This document shows positions 46,878-56,963 of a stretch of 64,000 bases of DNA, in pieces (position 1 is the first letter of the stretch; the number at the start of each line of letters is the position of its first letter). Position numbers and translations under genes: made by a program. The notes under the pieces were generated by a model, which saw only the letters and a program-made list of their open reading frames with translations, was not told where the DNA came from and did not search any database. Location: positions 1-64,000 of the forward strand of contig CAWFDF010000011.1 of the NCBI GenBank assembly GCA_963814585.1, written 5' to 3'. The stretch comes from an uncultured delta proteobacterium (GTDB lineage: Bacteria > Myxococcota > Myxococcia > Myxococcales > Anaeromyxobacteraceae).

Positions 46878-47140
46878 GGCATGCCCCCGGCCGCCAGCGC
46901 CAGCACCTCGGCGGCGAACCTCGCCAGCCGCGCGCCGATCCACGGGCCGGCCACGATGAGGGCACCGGTCACCGCGGCGATGCGCGGGACGGCGCCGAGG
47001 GCGTGCTCCTGGAGCTGGGTGGCCGCCTGGAGGAGCCCGGTGACCAGCCCGACCAGCAGCGCGGCGAGGAGCGGCGGCGCCGAGAGCAGGAGCGCCAGCA
47101 GCAGCGCCTCCCGGCCGAGGTGGAGGACGGTGGCCGTCAT
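46874..47140 (-). CDS. sctS: Type III export protein SctS/FliQ
   Basis: 88 aa; LVGLVTGLLQAATQLQEHAL..VPR. Confidence 0.9.
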   Translation of the reverse strand: MTATVLHLGREALLLALLLSAPPLLAALLVGLVTGLLQAATQLQEHALGAVPRIAAVTGALIVAGPWIGARLARFAAEVLALAAGGMP

Positions 47141-47814
47141 GGCGCCCCGGGCGCGTAGGCCAGCGCCAGGCCTCGAGCCAGCAGCCGCCAGCCGTCCACC
47201 GCCACCAGCAGGAGGAGCTTGAGCGGCAGCGATACCGAGGTCGGCGAGAGCTGGGTCAGGCCCAGCGCCAGCAGCACGTTGGCCACCACCAGGTCGACCA
47301 GCAGGAAGGGCAGGAAGACGAGGAAGCCGATGGTGAAGGCGCGACGCAGCTCCGAGACCATGAAGGCCGGCGCGAGCACCGCCAGGTCGTCGCCGCTCAC
47401 CTCCGCGGCCGGCGCCGCCGGCCGGAGCCGCCGGGCCAGGTCCAGGAAGGCCTCGCGGTCGTCGGCCCGGGCAAAGCGGGCGAGGAAGTCCTTGAGCGGC
47501 ACCGCGGCCCTGGCCCCGGCCGCCAGCGCGCCGGCGTCGCCCCCCGGAGGAGCGGACCGCGCCGCCACCCAGGCCGCCTCGCCCACCGGGGCCATCACTG
47601 CCAGCGTCAGGACCAGCGCCAGCCCGGTGACCGCCGTGGTGGGTGGCACCTGGGGAGCGCCCAGCGCGGAGCGGAGCACCGAGAGGACGACCGAGATCTT
47701 GAGGAAGGAGGTGAGCGTGACCAGCAGGACCGGCACCAGCGCGGTGGCGCCGAGCAGCAGGAGCCAGTCGGCGGGGCGGGCGGCCAGCGGGCCCGCGGGG
47801 AGCGAGGCGATCAC
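47137..47814 (-). CDS. sctR: Type III export protein SctR/FliP
   Basis: TSFLKISVVL..LR.ALG..QVPP, PAFMVSEL..AF.IGF, PFLLVDLVVAN, SLPLKLLL. Confidence 0.92.
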   Translation of the reverse strand: MIASLPAGPLAARPADWLLLLGATALVPVLLVTLTSFLKISVVLSVLRSALGAPQVPPTTAVTGLALVLTLAVMAPVGEAAWVAARSAPPGGDAGALAAGARAAVPLKDFLARFARADDREAFLDLARRLRPAAPAAEVSGDDLAVLAPAFMVSELRRAFTIGFLVFLPFLLVDLVVANVLLALGLTQLSPTSVSLPLKLLLLVAVDGWRLLARGLALAYAPGAP

Positions 47815-48155
47815 GGCTCGGGCTCCGGCCCCATCCACCCCGACTCGGCCAGCAACCGGACGCCGTCCCGCCCCACGCCGAGCAGCATGGGCCGGCCATC
47901 GAGCTCCACCAGCACCGCCGTGGCGTCGCGGGCCAGCGCGGCCCGGGCCAGCACGCGCAGCCTCGGCTGGGGCGCCTCGCCCGATCGGTGGCGGGCCAGC
48001 ACGACCACCGCGCCGAGTCCGAGGGCGACCAGGCCGGCGCGCGCCGCGATCGGTCCCGCCTCGCCCGGCAGGAGGGCCAGGACGCCGCAGCCGAGCGCGC
48101 CGGCGACGAGGAGGGCCACGGGCAGGACGCGAGGCCAGAGCGCGAGCTGGTTCAC
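47811..48155 (-). CDS. FliO-like small membrane protein
   Basis: TM helices then LRVLARAAL....AVLVELDGRPMLLGVG..GVRLL; immediately upstream of fliP/sctR. Confidence 0.6.
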   Translation of the reverse strand: MNQLALWPRVLPVALLVAGALGCGVLALLPGEAGPIAARAGLVALGLGAVVVLARHRSGEAPQPRLRVLARAALARDATAVLVELDGRPMLLGVGRDGVRLLAESGWMGPEPEP

Positions 48156-49135
48156 GGCAGGACCTCCAGCGACAGAACCCGAACGCCGACCGCGCCGTCG
48201 ATCTCCACCAGCTCGCCGCGCCCGATGGGCCGCTCTCCGATCCGCAGGGTCACCAGGCCTCGCCGGTCGAGCTGGACCGGCAGGGCGGCGCCGGGGGCGA
48301 GCCGGGACAGGTCGTTCAGCGTCAGCGGGACCCGGGCCAGCTCCACATCGAGGAGGATTGGCACCTGCGCCAGGTGAGGCTCCATGGTGGTCGTCTCCAC
48401 GAGGAAGGCGCCGTCGGACACGGTTCCGAGGGCGGTGAAGCCGCCGGGGAAGACGAGGCGGTGGCGTCCTTCGGGCGGCGGATCGGCCAGCACCACGTCG
48501 CCCGGGGCCAACGCCCGCAGCTCCTCGGGAAGCAGCGGCGCCGTGCCCCCGCGGAGGGAGGCGAAGAGTGGGAAGGCCGGCAGCGGCTCGGCCAGCCCGG
48601 GCGGGTCGGCCAGCGCCAGGACCGCCGCCGGCGGGAGGAGCAGCCGGGCCCGTCCGCGCACCTCTCCGGCCGCCACGTCGAGGTCGATGGCCAGTGGTGA
48701 CGAGGGGGTCGGCGCGTCGCGCACCAGGCGGGGCGCGAGCCGCTCGCCGACCCGGTCGAGCCCTGCGGCGCCGTCGATGGCGGCAAGCACCAGCAGCTCC
48801 AGCGCCGACTCCTCCAGCGGCGTGAGGGCGGTGGCGCCGATCACCGGCTCACCGCCGCCCGAGAGCTGCGAGACCAGGCGAGCCACCAGTACGGGCTCCA
48901 CCTCGAGCAAGGCCGCGCCGGGGAGCGCGCCGAGCTCGATGGAGAGGCGAAGGAGCGGCCGGACCGGGGCTGCGGCCACCGGGCGGGCCCGGCCGGTGAG
49001 CGTCACCTCCACGCCGAGCACCTCGGCCATGGCGCGGGCCGCTGCGGCGGCCGCTTCGACGCCGGTGGCCCGAGCGCCCGGGTCGAGGGCGGCGAAGCCG
49101 CGTGAGAGGGAGGGGAGGTCGAAGGGGAGCGGCAT
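48152..49135 (-). CDS. sctQ: C-ring/sorting-platform protein SctQ (FliM/FliN SpoA domains)
   Basis: C-terminal VPILLDVELARVPLTL.DL..L.PG...IGRGELVEIDGAVGVRV. Confidence 0.85.
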   Translation of the reverse strand: MPLPFDLPSLSRGFAALDPGARATGVEAAAAAARAMAEVLGVEVTLTGRARPVAAAPVRPLLRLSIELGALPGAALLEVEPVLVARLVSQLSGGGEPVIGATALTPLEESALELLVLAAIDGAAGLDRVGERLAPRLVRDAPTPSSPLAIDLDVAAGEVRGRARLLLPPAAVLALADPPGLAEPLPAFPLFASLRGGTAPLLPEELRALAPGDVVLADPPPEGRHRLVFPGGFTALGTVSDGAFLVETTTMEPHLAQVPILLDVELARVPLTLNDLSRLAPGAALPVQLDRRGLVTLRIGERPIGRGELVEIDGAVGVRVLSLEVLP

Positions 49136-49182
49136 GGACCTGGAGTCTTCACGCGGCGTGCCGCGCACAACCGCCCGGGATC

Positions 49183-49509
49183 TCAGATCGAGCAGGCCAG
49201 GAGATCGGCCGCGGCCCGGACCGCCAGCCGATCCGCGGCCGTCCGGCCTCGACGCTCGAGCTCCAGCCGCCGGAGCAACGGGTGGGGCGGGCAGGGCGGG
49301 CTGGCGCCGGACCGGGCCTGCGTCCCAGGCTCGGCGAGGGAGGCCGCCAGCGCTGCCAGCCGGGCCCGGCGCGGGGCCGTGGCCAGGGCGCTGGCCTGCC
49401 TGGCAGCCTCCGAGCCACCGGGGCCTCCGAGGCGCCCGAGCAGGCGGACCGCCCGGGCCGGCGCCAGCGTCACGGCCAGGGCCACCAACCGGTGTCGCCC
49501 CGCGGTCAC
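49183..49509 (-). CDS. Hypothetical protein in the SctK position
   Basis: GTG overlapping the sctJ stop; helical Ala/Leu/Arg-rich; assignment by position only. Confidence 0.4.
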   Translation of the reverse strand: MTAGRHRLVALAVTLAPARAVRLLGRLGGPGGSEAARQASALATAPRRARLAALAASLAEPGTQARSGASPPCPPHPLLRRLELERRGRTAADRLAVRAAADLLACSI

Positions 49510-50231
49510 CGGGCGACCCCAGCGCGCCCCCGGTCGCGCCAGGCCAGCGCCCCCAGGGCGCAGGCCGCCAGCGCCGCCACCCCGGCCAGCCACGGAGCGA
49601 GGCGCCAGGGTCTCGCCGCCGTCGCAGACCGTGCCGGCACCGCCTCGGCGATGACCACCGCCACCGCTTCGGGTGAGAGCCCCTCGGCCGCGCCGGCCAC
49701 CAGCGACCGCAGGCCCCCCTCGAGGTCGCGCAGCGAGGCACAGGCCGCCGGCCGGCACTTGACGAGGAGCGCCGCTCGCGGCGCGGTCCGCTGGCCCGGA
49801 TGGAGCGGATCCTCGGCCGGCAGCCCGAGGTGGACCCGCGCCTCGACCACACCGTCGAGGGCCTCGATGCTCCTCGCCAGCTCGCCGGAGAGGGCGTGGA
49901 GCCAGCGGGCCCGCTCCTCGACCGGCGTCGGGACCATGCCTCCCTGCCCGAACACCTCCCCCAGCCCTTGCGGCCGGGCACGAGGCAGCTGCCGGGCGGC
50001 CAGCACGCGGTGGGCGCGGCCCGCCTCGCCACGCCGCACGGTCACGGTCCAGGCCGCCTCGGTCCCCTCCTGCCGCGCCTTGCCGGCGGGCACCCCCTCC
50101 TCGTCGAGCGCCACCAGCACCTCGTTGGCCTGCCGCTCGGCGAGGTCGTGGAGCAGGGGCTCGTCACCGCAGCCGGCGAGGAGGGAGCCGACGGCGGCGA
50201 GCGAGAGGAACCGGAGCGGGGCGCAGGACAT
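49506..50231 (-). CDS. sctJ: Inner-membrane ring lipoprotein SctJ (YscJ/PrgK family)
   Basis: Lipobox LLAGC; LAERQANEVLVAL; MVPTPVEERAR...LSGELARSIE.LDGVVEARVH; C-terminal TM; 241 aa, too short for FliF. Confidence 0.88.
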   Translation of the reverse strand: MSCAPLRFLSLAAVGSLLAGCGDEPLLHDLAERQANEVLVALDEEGVPAGKARQEGTEAAWTVTVRRGEAGRAHRVLAARQLPRARPQGLGEVFGQGGMVPTPVEERARWLHALSGELARSIEALDGVVEARVHLGLPAEDPLHPGQRTAPRAALLVKCRPAACASLRDLEGGLRSLVAGAAEGLSPEAVAVVIAEAVPARSATAARPWRLAPWLAGVAALAACALGALAWRDRGRAGVAR

Positions 50232-50240
50232 GACGGGGTC

Positions 50241-50585
50241 CTACACCTGGGCGTTGACCGCCTGCTTCACCGCCTGGACGCCGTGCTCCACCAGCTTGGA
50301 GGCCACGTCGAGCGTCTGCGTGAACCGGTAGGTGTCGGACTGCAGCGCCAGCAGTTCACCAGCCGTGAAGGTCCGGCCAGCGCGGGCGGCCTGCATCACG
50401 CGGTCGATGCGGGCCTGCGCGCTCTCCAGCGAGCCCAGGGCCTGGGCCAGCCGTGTCGCCGGGCCGGGCGGGCCTGGCGGCGGCGCGTGGGCGGCCAGGC
50501 TGACCTCGAAGCGCGCGCCCGCGGTGGGGCGCGGGGTGGTGCAGGGCGCGGCCACGGCGGCCGGAGCCACGGGCGGGACGGTCAC
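50241..50585 (-). CDS. Inner-rod-like protein (SctI/HrpB2-like)
   Basis: ELLALQ..TYRFTQTLDVASKLVEHGVQAVKQAVNAQ; directly upstream of sctJ. Confidence 0.6.
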   Translation of the reverse strand: MTVPPVAPAAVAAPCTTPRPTAGARFEVSLAAHAPPPGPPGPATRLAQALGSLESAQARIDRVMQAARAGRTFTAGELLALQSDTYRFTQTLDVASKLVEHGVQAVKQAVNAQV

Positions 50586-50594
50586 GGGCCCCTC

Positions 50595-51008
50595 CTAGTG
50601 GATGTTGCCGATGGCGGAGCGGGCGGTGTCGTGCTTCACGCGCATGACGTTGGAGAGCGTGGTGAACTCCCGGCTCTCCTGCTGCATCCGCTCCTGAAGC
50701 TGCAGGTAGTGCAGGTTCATGGCCTGCGCCTCCTGCTGCATGGCCCGGGTGGCCTCGAGCAGGTCACCGGGCGAGCCGGTGCCGCCGCTGGCGGCCCCGC
50801 TCACGGAGGTGGCGCTGCCCTTGAGGCCGGCGCGGACGGCTCCGGCCAGGACGTTGCCGAAGGGGACGGCGGGGGCGGCCAGCTCGACGGCGCCGACCAC
50901 CCCGGCGGCGAGGGTGCGGGTGGCCCCCTGCAGCGCCGCCTCGAAGCGGCCCGGCACGGTCTTGCGCTCGGTGCTGGGTGCGACGGTGATCGACTCGACT
51001 CGGCTCAT
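50595..51008 (-). CDS. Needle/rod-subunit-like helical protein
   Basis: C-terminal YLQLQERMQQESREFTTLSNVMRVKHDTARSAIGNI resembles SctF-type C-terminal helices; first gene of the operon; GGAGG RBS. Confidence 0.45.
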   Translation of the reverse strand: MSRVESITVAPSTERKTVPGRFEAALQGATRTLAAGVVGAVELAAPAVPFGNVLAGAVRAGLKGSATSVSGAASGGTGSPGDLLEATRAMQQEAQAMNLHYLQLQERMQQESREFTTLSNVMRVKHDTARSAIGNIH

Positions 51009-51033
51009 GGCGATTCCTCCCGGCCGGGCATGG

Positions 51034-51049
51034 AGCAACCGGCGTGCCC
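51034..51049 (-). promoter_or_regulatory. Sigma54 (-24/-12) promoter of the T3SS-like operon
   Basis: Minus strand GGGCACG-CCGG-TTGCT versus consensus TGGCACG-N4-TTGCW, 25 nt upstream of the first ATG. Confidence 0.75.
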
Positions 51050-51202
51050 GGGAGGCTGTCGCGGAATCGCTGGAGAAGCGCCACGGAGGTCGAGGGGGAA
51101 TCGGCCGCCCGGCGGCCGATCGGGCCGGGCCACGGGCCGGAGCGCCGGAGCGATGATGGGCCCGCGTCGTGGCCCGAGCTGCGGGGCCAGGCGAAGTGGA
51201 CA

Positions 51203-51277
51203 GGGACGGCCTGGCTTGGACTACTCCGGGTCAGGGGGGATGCGGGACGGCCTGGCCTGAACGACTCCGGGTCAGGG
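51203..51277. repeat. 34-bp imperfect tandem repeat (31/34 identical, 41-bp period)
   Basis: GGGACGGCCTGGC(T/C)TG(G/A)AC(T/G)ACTCCGGGTCAGGG at 51203 and 51244. Confidence 0.8.
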
Positions 51278-52948
51278 AATGGCCGGCGCCCCCTCGAGGC
51301 GCGGCTCGCTGGCCGCCTCGCGCAGGCCAGTCGTCCAGTCGATGGCGGCCGCCTGTGGGTTCCCGAAGGGGCGGGCCCGGAAGCGCAGAAGGTGGCCGCG
51401 GGCGCGGAGCGCGTCGGCGGTGGCGGCGTCGAGGCCGAAGGGCTCGACCACCACCTCGTCCGGCTGCCACTGGTGGTGGATGCGGGGCGCGCCGAGCGCC
51501 TGGTCGAGCGGCATGCCGTCGCCGAGGACGTGCATGATCACCTGGGCCACGGTGGAGGGGATGGTGGCGCCGCCCGGCGCCCCCACCGCCAGCACGGCGC
51601 GCCCCGCGGCGTCGAAGACCAGCGTCGGCGCCATCGAGGAGAGCGGCCGCTTGCCCGGCGCCACCGAGTTGACGCCGGTGCCGACCAGGCCGAAGGCGTT
51701 GGGGACGCCCGGGGCGGCGTCGAAGTCGTCCATCTGGTCGTTGAGCAGCAGCCCGGTCCCCGGCACCACCAGGCAGGCGCCGAACCAGCCGTTGACCGTG
51801 GTCGTGAGCGAGACGGCGTTGCCGTCGGCGTCGACCACCGAGACGTGCGAGGTGTGCTGGCCGCCCGGCGCCTCCGGCGAGGGCGGCGCGATGGCCGAAG
51901 ACGGCGTGGCCCGCTCCCCCACCTCGGCCCGGACCCGCCTGGCCCAGTCCGGGCTGGTGAGCTCGGCCGCCGCGGCGTCGGCGGAGGGGAGGAAGGCCGG
52001 GTCGGCGAAGCGGCCGGCCCGCTGGGCGAAGAGCCGGCGCTCCACCTCGACCAGGGCGTGGAGCTGGCCGGCCGGCCGGTAGCCCTGGGCTGCCGTGAAG
52101 TCACCGTCGAGCGCCTGCAGCAACCCGATGACGATGGCGCCGCCGGCCGATGGAGGCGGGAAGGAGGCCACGCGGTGGCCGCGGAAGGTCCCGGTGAGCG
52201 GCGTCCGCTCCACCGTCCGGTAGGCGGCCAGGTCGGCGGCGGTGAGCAGGCCGCCGCGCGCCCGCACCGCGGCCACCAGCTGCCGGGCCAGCGGGCCGCG
52301 GTAGAGCGCCTCGGGATCCCGGCCGAGCAGCCGGAGCGTGCGGGCCAGCTCGGGGCGGCGGAGCGAGTCACCGGGGCGGCGCGGCACGCGCGCGCCGGCC
52401 TCGCCGGGGACCAGGAACTCGGCGGCCGCGGCGGCGTCGCCGCGCAGGCACTCCAGCCGATCCCCGGCGGCCAGCGCGTGGTACGGGCCCACCTGGAACC
52501 CCCGCTCCGCGAGCCTGGCGGCCGGCTCGGCGAGCCTGGCGAGGGCGAGCCGACCGAAGCGGCGGGCCAGCTCGGCGTAGCCCTTCACCGCGCCCGGCAC
52601 CGCCACCGCGAGGCCGCCCTCGGTCGAGCGCCCGGGGGCCGGCCGTCCGGCCTCGAGGAACATGTCGCGGGAGGCCGCCGCGGGCGCCACCTCGCGGAAG
52701 TCGAGCGCCAGCAGCCGCCGCTCCTTCGCCAACCAGACCAGCGCGAAGCCGCCGCCGCCCAGGCCGGAGCTCTCGTTCTGCACCACCGAGAGGGCCAGCG
52801 CGGCGGCCACCGCGGCGTCGACGGCGTTGCCGCCGGCGCGGAGCGCCTCGGCGCCGGCGGCGCTGGCGAGCGGGTGGGCGGTGGCGACGGCCCCGCGCGG
52901 CGAGGCGGCGGTCCCGGCGAGGAGGAGGGCGAGCAGGCAGCCGTTCAT
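51272..52948 (-). CDS. ggt: Gamma-glutamyltransferase
   Basis: GGNAVDAAVA, SGLGGGGF, DFREVAP, HTSHVSVVD (Thr nucleophile), LNDQMDDF, PGKRPLSSM. Confidence 0.95.
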   Translation of the reverse strand: MNGCLLALLLAGTAASPRGAVATAHPLASAAGAEALRAGGNAVDAAVAAALALSVVQNESSGLGGGGFALVWLAKERRLLALDFREVAPAAASRDMFLEAGRPAPGRSTEGGLAVAVPGAVKGYAELARRFGRLALARLAEPAARLAERGFQVGPYHALAAGDRLECLRGDAAAAAEFLVPGEAGARVPRRPGDSLRRPELARTLRLLGRDPEALYRGPLARQLVAAVRARGGLLTAADLAAYRTVERTPLTGTFRGHRVASFPPPSAGGAIVIGLLQALDGDFTAAQGYRPAGQLHALVEVERRLFAQRAGRFADPAFLPSADAAAAELTSPDWARRVRAEVGERATPSSAIAPPSPEAPGGQHTSHVSVVDADGNAVSLTTTVNGWFGACLVVPGTGLLLNDQMDDFDAAPGVPNAFGLVGTGVNSVAPGKRPLSSMAPTLVFDAAGRAVLAVGAPGGATIPSTVAQVIMHVLGDGMPLDQALGAPRIHHQWQPDEVVVEPFGLDAATADALRARGHLLRFRARPFGNPQAAAIDWTTGLREAASEPRLEGAPAIP

Positions 52949-52983
52949 GGGGGAGAGCCTGCCGCGATCGGGGGGTGAGCGCC

Positions 52984-53078
52984 AGTGCCCCGACCCAGGC
53001 AGGATGACGTGACGAGGCCGCCTGCCGCAGCGAGAGGATCGGCTCTCGCACGAGGCATCTTGCCTGGGTCTGGACACT
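52984..53078. mobile_element. Internally deleted, inverted copy of the MITE-like element
   Basis: About 57 nt nearly identical to the reverse complement of 42264-42320 joined to the opposite end; terminal inverted repeats 20/23. Confidence 0.7.
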
Positions 53079-53177
53079 ACGCCGTGGTCGTCCCCACCGG
53101 ACGCTTCGCGCTCGAGGGAGGTGACCGGAGCGACCAGGGAGCTTGCGCCAATCCCGATCAGCGGCGAGGCTGCCCGG

Positions 53178-53897
53178 GTGAGCGTGCTCGTCGCCCTCGT
53201 CTCCTACGGCCTCGCCGCGGTGGTGATCTCCCTCACCTTCCCGGTGGCGCTGCTGCTCCGGCTCGCCACCTTCCCCTTCGACCGCCACCGGCTGCTGGTG
53301 GGATGGTCGCTGGTCTGGCTGGGCCGGTTCTTCATCCGCACCTCGCCCCTCTGGGACGTGACGGTGGAGGGGACCCTGCCGGCGCCGCCCCTGACCTACG
53401 TGGTGGTGCCCAACCACCAGTCGCTGGTGGACGCGCTGGCGGTGGCCTGCCTGCCCGCCAACCTGAAGTGGATCGGCAAGCGCTCGGCCTTCCAGCTTCC
53501 CTGGCTGGGCTGGGCCTTCAGCCTGGCCGGCTACGTGCCGGTGCTGCGCGGGGAGCGGGCCGATGGCCGCCGGGCGCTGGCCCGGCTGCGCCGCTACCTG
53601 GCCGAGGGGGTCCCGGTGGGCCTCTTCGCCGAGGGGACGCGCAGCCGCGACGGGCAGCTCAAGGACTTCAAGGCCGGGCCGTTCAAGCTCGCCGTCGAGG
53701 CGGGCGTGCCGGTCATCCCGGTGGCCATCTCCGGGGCGGGCGCGGCCATGCCGGCCGACCAGGCCTGGATCCGCCCCTCCCGCATCACCGTCCGCATCCT
53801 CGAGCCCATCCCGACCACCGGGATGACGGTGCAGGACGTCGAGCGGCTGCGGGCCGAGGTGCGCCAGCGGCTGCTCGACGCGGTGGAGCCCAGGTAG
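53178..53897 (+). CDS. 1-acyl-sn-glycerol-3-phosphate acyltransferase (PlsC family)
   Basis: NHQSLVD and FAEGTRS motifs; FKAGPF; VPVIPVAI. Confidence 0.9.
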   Translation: MSVLVALVSYGLAAVVISLTFPVALLLRLATFPFDRHRLLVGWSLVWLGRFFIRTSPLWDVTVEGTLPAPPLTYVVVPNHQSLVDALAVACLPANLKWIGKRSAFQLPWLGWAFSLAGYVPVLRGERADGRRALARLRRYLAEGVPVGLFAEGTRSRDGQLKDFKAGPFKLAVEAGVPVIPVAISGAGAAMPADQAWIRPSRITVRILEPIPTTGMTVQDVERLRAEVRQRLLDAVEPR

Positions 53898-54114
53898 GAT
53901 CGCGAGCCCGGGTATGATCGCGCGCCCGGGAGGCAGGGTCGGGGCGGGCGCGGGACGGGAGCCGTGCCGGGCGGGCGGCCCGCAGGAGGACGGGGACGCC
54001 GCTGGCCGACGCGCCACGCCCCGGGTGGCGTAGGATGCGCGGGAAGCCGGGCCGCTGGACCGGGAACGACCAGGCCCGAGGGCGCCGGCGAGCCAGGACG
54101 CACGGGGAGGGAAC

Positions 54115-54531
54115 ATGATCAGCTGGAAGCCGTCCATGGCGGTGGGGATCGACGAGATCGACGAGCAGCACCAGGAGATCATCCGCCGCGCCGGCCAGTT
54201 CCTCGAGAGCCTCGCCGACCGGTCCCGCCAGGACACCGGGATCCTGCTCTCCTACCTGCGCAACTACTGCGTGACGCACTTCGGCGCGGAGGAGGCCTGG
54301 ATGCGCGAGTCGGCCTACCCGGGCCGGGCCGACCACCAGAAGGAGCACGACGCCTTCATCAAGAAGCTGATGGCGCTCAGCGCCGAGCACGAGAAGAAGC
54401 GCGGCCCGGGCCTGAAGGCGGACCAGGTGGCCGTGGTGCTGGAGGAGTGGCTCACCGCGCACGTGGCCGGCTCCGACATCGCGCTGGCCAAGCACCTGCG
54501 GGCCCACGGCCTGCCGGCCCGCCCGGCGTGA
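54115..54531 (+). CDS. Bacteriohemerythrin
   Basis: W...MAVGIDEIDEQH, HFGAEE, HQKEH, WLTAHV..SD. Confidence 0.92.
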   Translation: MISWKPSMAVGIDEIDEQHQEIIRRAGQFLESLADRSRQDTGILLSYLRNYCVTHFGAEEAWMRESAYPGRADHQKEHDAFIKKLMALSAEHEKKRGPGLKADQVAVVLEEWLTAHVAGSDIALAKHLRAHGLPARPA

Positions 54532-54562
54532 GCCCGCGGCGGCCGGGATCGGGGGCGCGGCA

Positions 54563-55678
54563 CTAAGTGACCGCCGCCCCGAAGAGCCGCCCCACCGCGT
54601 AGGTGATGCCGGCCGCCAGCGCCGCCAGCCCCACCATCCGGCCCGCCGAGCGCCAGATGCTGGTGCCGGAGAGGAAGCCCACGAAGCCGCCCACCCCGCC
54701 CAGCACGCCGAAGGCCAGCGCGGTGGAGGCGACCACCGCCGGCGTGCCGGAGGTGAGCAGGAAGGGGACGAGCGGCACGGTGGCGCCGATGGCGAACATC
54801 ACGAACGAGGAGCCGGCGGCGCCCAGCGGCGAGCCGAGGTCCTCGGGGTCGAGCCCCAGCTCCTCGCGCACCAGCGTATCGGCCGCCTGCTCCGGGTTCT
54901 TGAGCAGCTCGGCGGCGACCCGCGAGGCCTGCTCGGTGGAGAGCCCCTTCTGCTTGAAGATGAGCGCCAGCTCGGCGGCCTCCTCCTCCGGCGCCTCCTC
55001 GATCTCGCGCCGCTCCAGCGCCACCTGGCGCGTCAGCAGGTCGCGCTGGCTGGCCACCGAGGAGTACTCGCCGGCCGCCATGGAGAAGGCGCCGGCCAGC
55101 AGCCCGGCGAAGCCGGTCACCATCACGGTGTGCGGCTCGGCTCCGGCGCCGGCCACGCCGAGGATGAGCGAGAGGTTGGAGAGCAGGCCGTCGTTCATGC
55201 CGAAGATGGCGGCGCGGATCGAGCCGGCCCGGCCGCTGCTCCCGTGCCAGCGCTCGCGCACGGCGATGAGGGCGCGGGCGTCGCGGGTCTGGCCGTCGCC
55301 CATCCCGGCCAGCACCACCCGGTGGGCCCGCTCCTCGTCGGCGATGGCCGAGGCGTCGCCGCCCTGGGCGTCGTACTTGTCGGCGTCACCGGCCTCGGCG
55401 TCGAGGATCATGGGCACCACCGCCTCGCTGCCGAGCCGGCGCGCCAGCCAGATGAGGGCGCGGATTCGCGAGGACGGGCGGTCTGGCGGCAGGGCCACCC
55501 CCTCCTTCTCCAGCTTCCGGATCCAGATCTCGGCGTGGCGCCGCTCCGCCTCGGCCAGCTCGGTGAAGCTCCGGGCCTTGGCCGCGTCCTTCTCGTACCT
55601 GGCCATCCCCTCGTAGAGCGCGGCGCCGTCGCGCTCGTCGACGAGGTTCTGCAGCCAGAGGTCGGTGCGGGGATTCAT
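54563..55678 (-). CDS. VIT1/CCC1 family transporter with N-terminal ferritin/rubrerythrin-like domain
   Basis: ExxH motifs (EAERRH, EERAH); [19 protein letters not shown]. Confidence 0.9.
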   Translation of the reverse strand: MNPRTDLWLQNLVDERDGAALYEGMARYEKDAAKARSFTELAEAERRHAEIWIRKLEKEGVALPPDRPSSRIRALIWLARRLGSEAVVPMILDAEAGDADKYDAQGGDASAIADEERAHRVVLAGMGDGQTRDARALIAVRERWHGSSGRAGSIRAAIFGMNDGLLSNLSLILGVAGAGAEPHTVMVTGFAGLLAGAFSMAAGEYSSVASQRDLLTRQVALERREIEEAPEEEAAELALIFKQKGLSTEQASRVAAELLKNPEQAADTLVREELGLDPEDLGSPLGAAGSSFVMFAIGATVPLVPFLLTSGTPAVVASTALAFGVLGGVGGFVGFLSGTSIWRSAGRMVGLAALAAGITYAVGRLFGAAVT

Positions 55679-55848
55679 GTGGAGAATCTAGCTTGACGCT
55701 GCTCAGTCCGGCACGCAAATGTCCCCTGTCCACGGCCGGGTCCGACACGGCGGGGCCCCCCCCAAGAGGCCCGGCCCGGGCCCCCGGCCAGGCCGTAGGA
55801 TGCGGAGAACCAGGCGGGCGCCGCTCCTCGGCGCGACGGAGTCGGCGG

Positions 55849-56944
<1,096 letters not shown>

Positions 56945-56963
56945 CCCTCACGGAGACCTCCCC

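Noticed and set aside
42976..51008. Flagellar biosynthesis operon
   Set aside because: The ring protein is a short SctJ-type lipoprotein rather than FliF; no fliG, rod, hook, flagellin or motor genes are in the locus.
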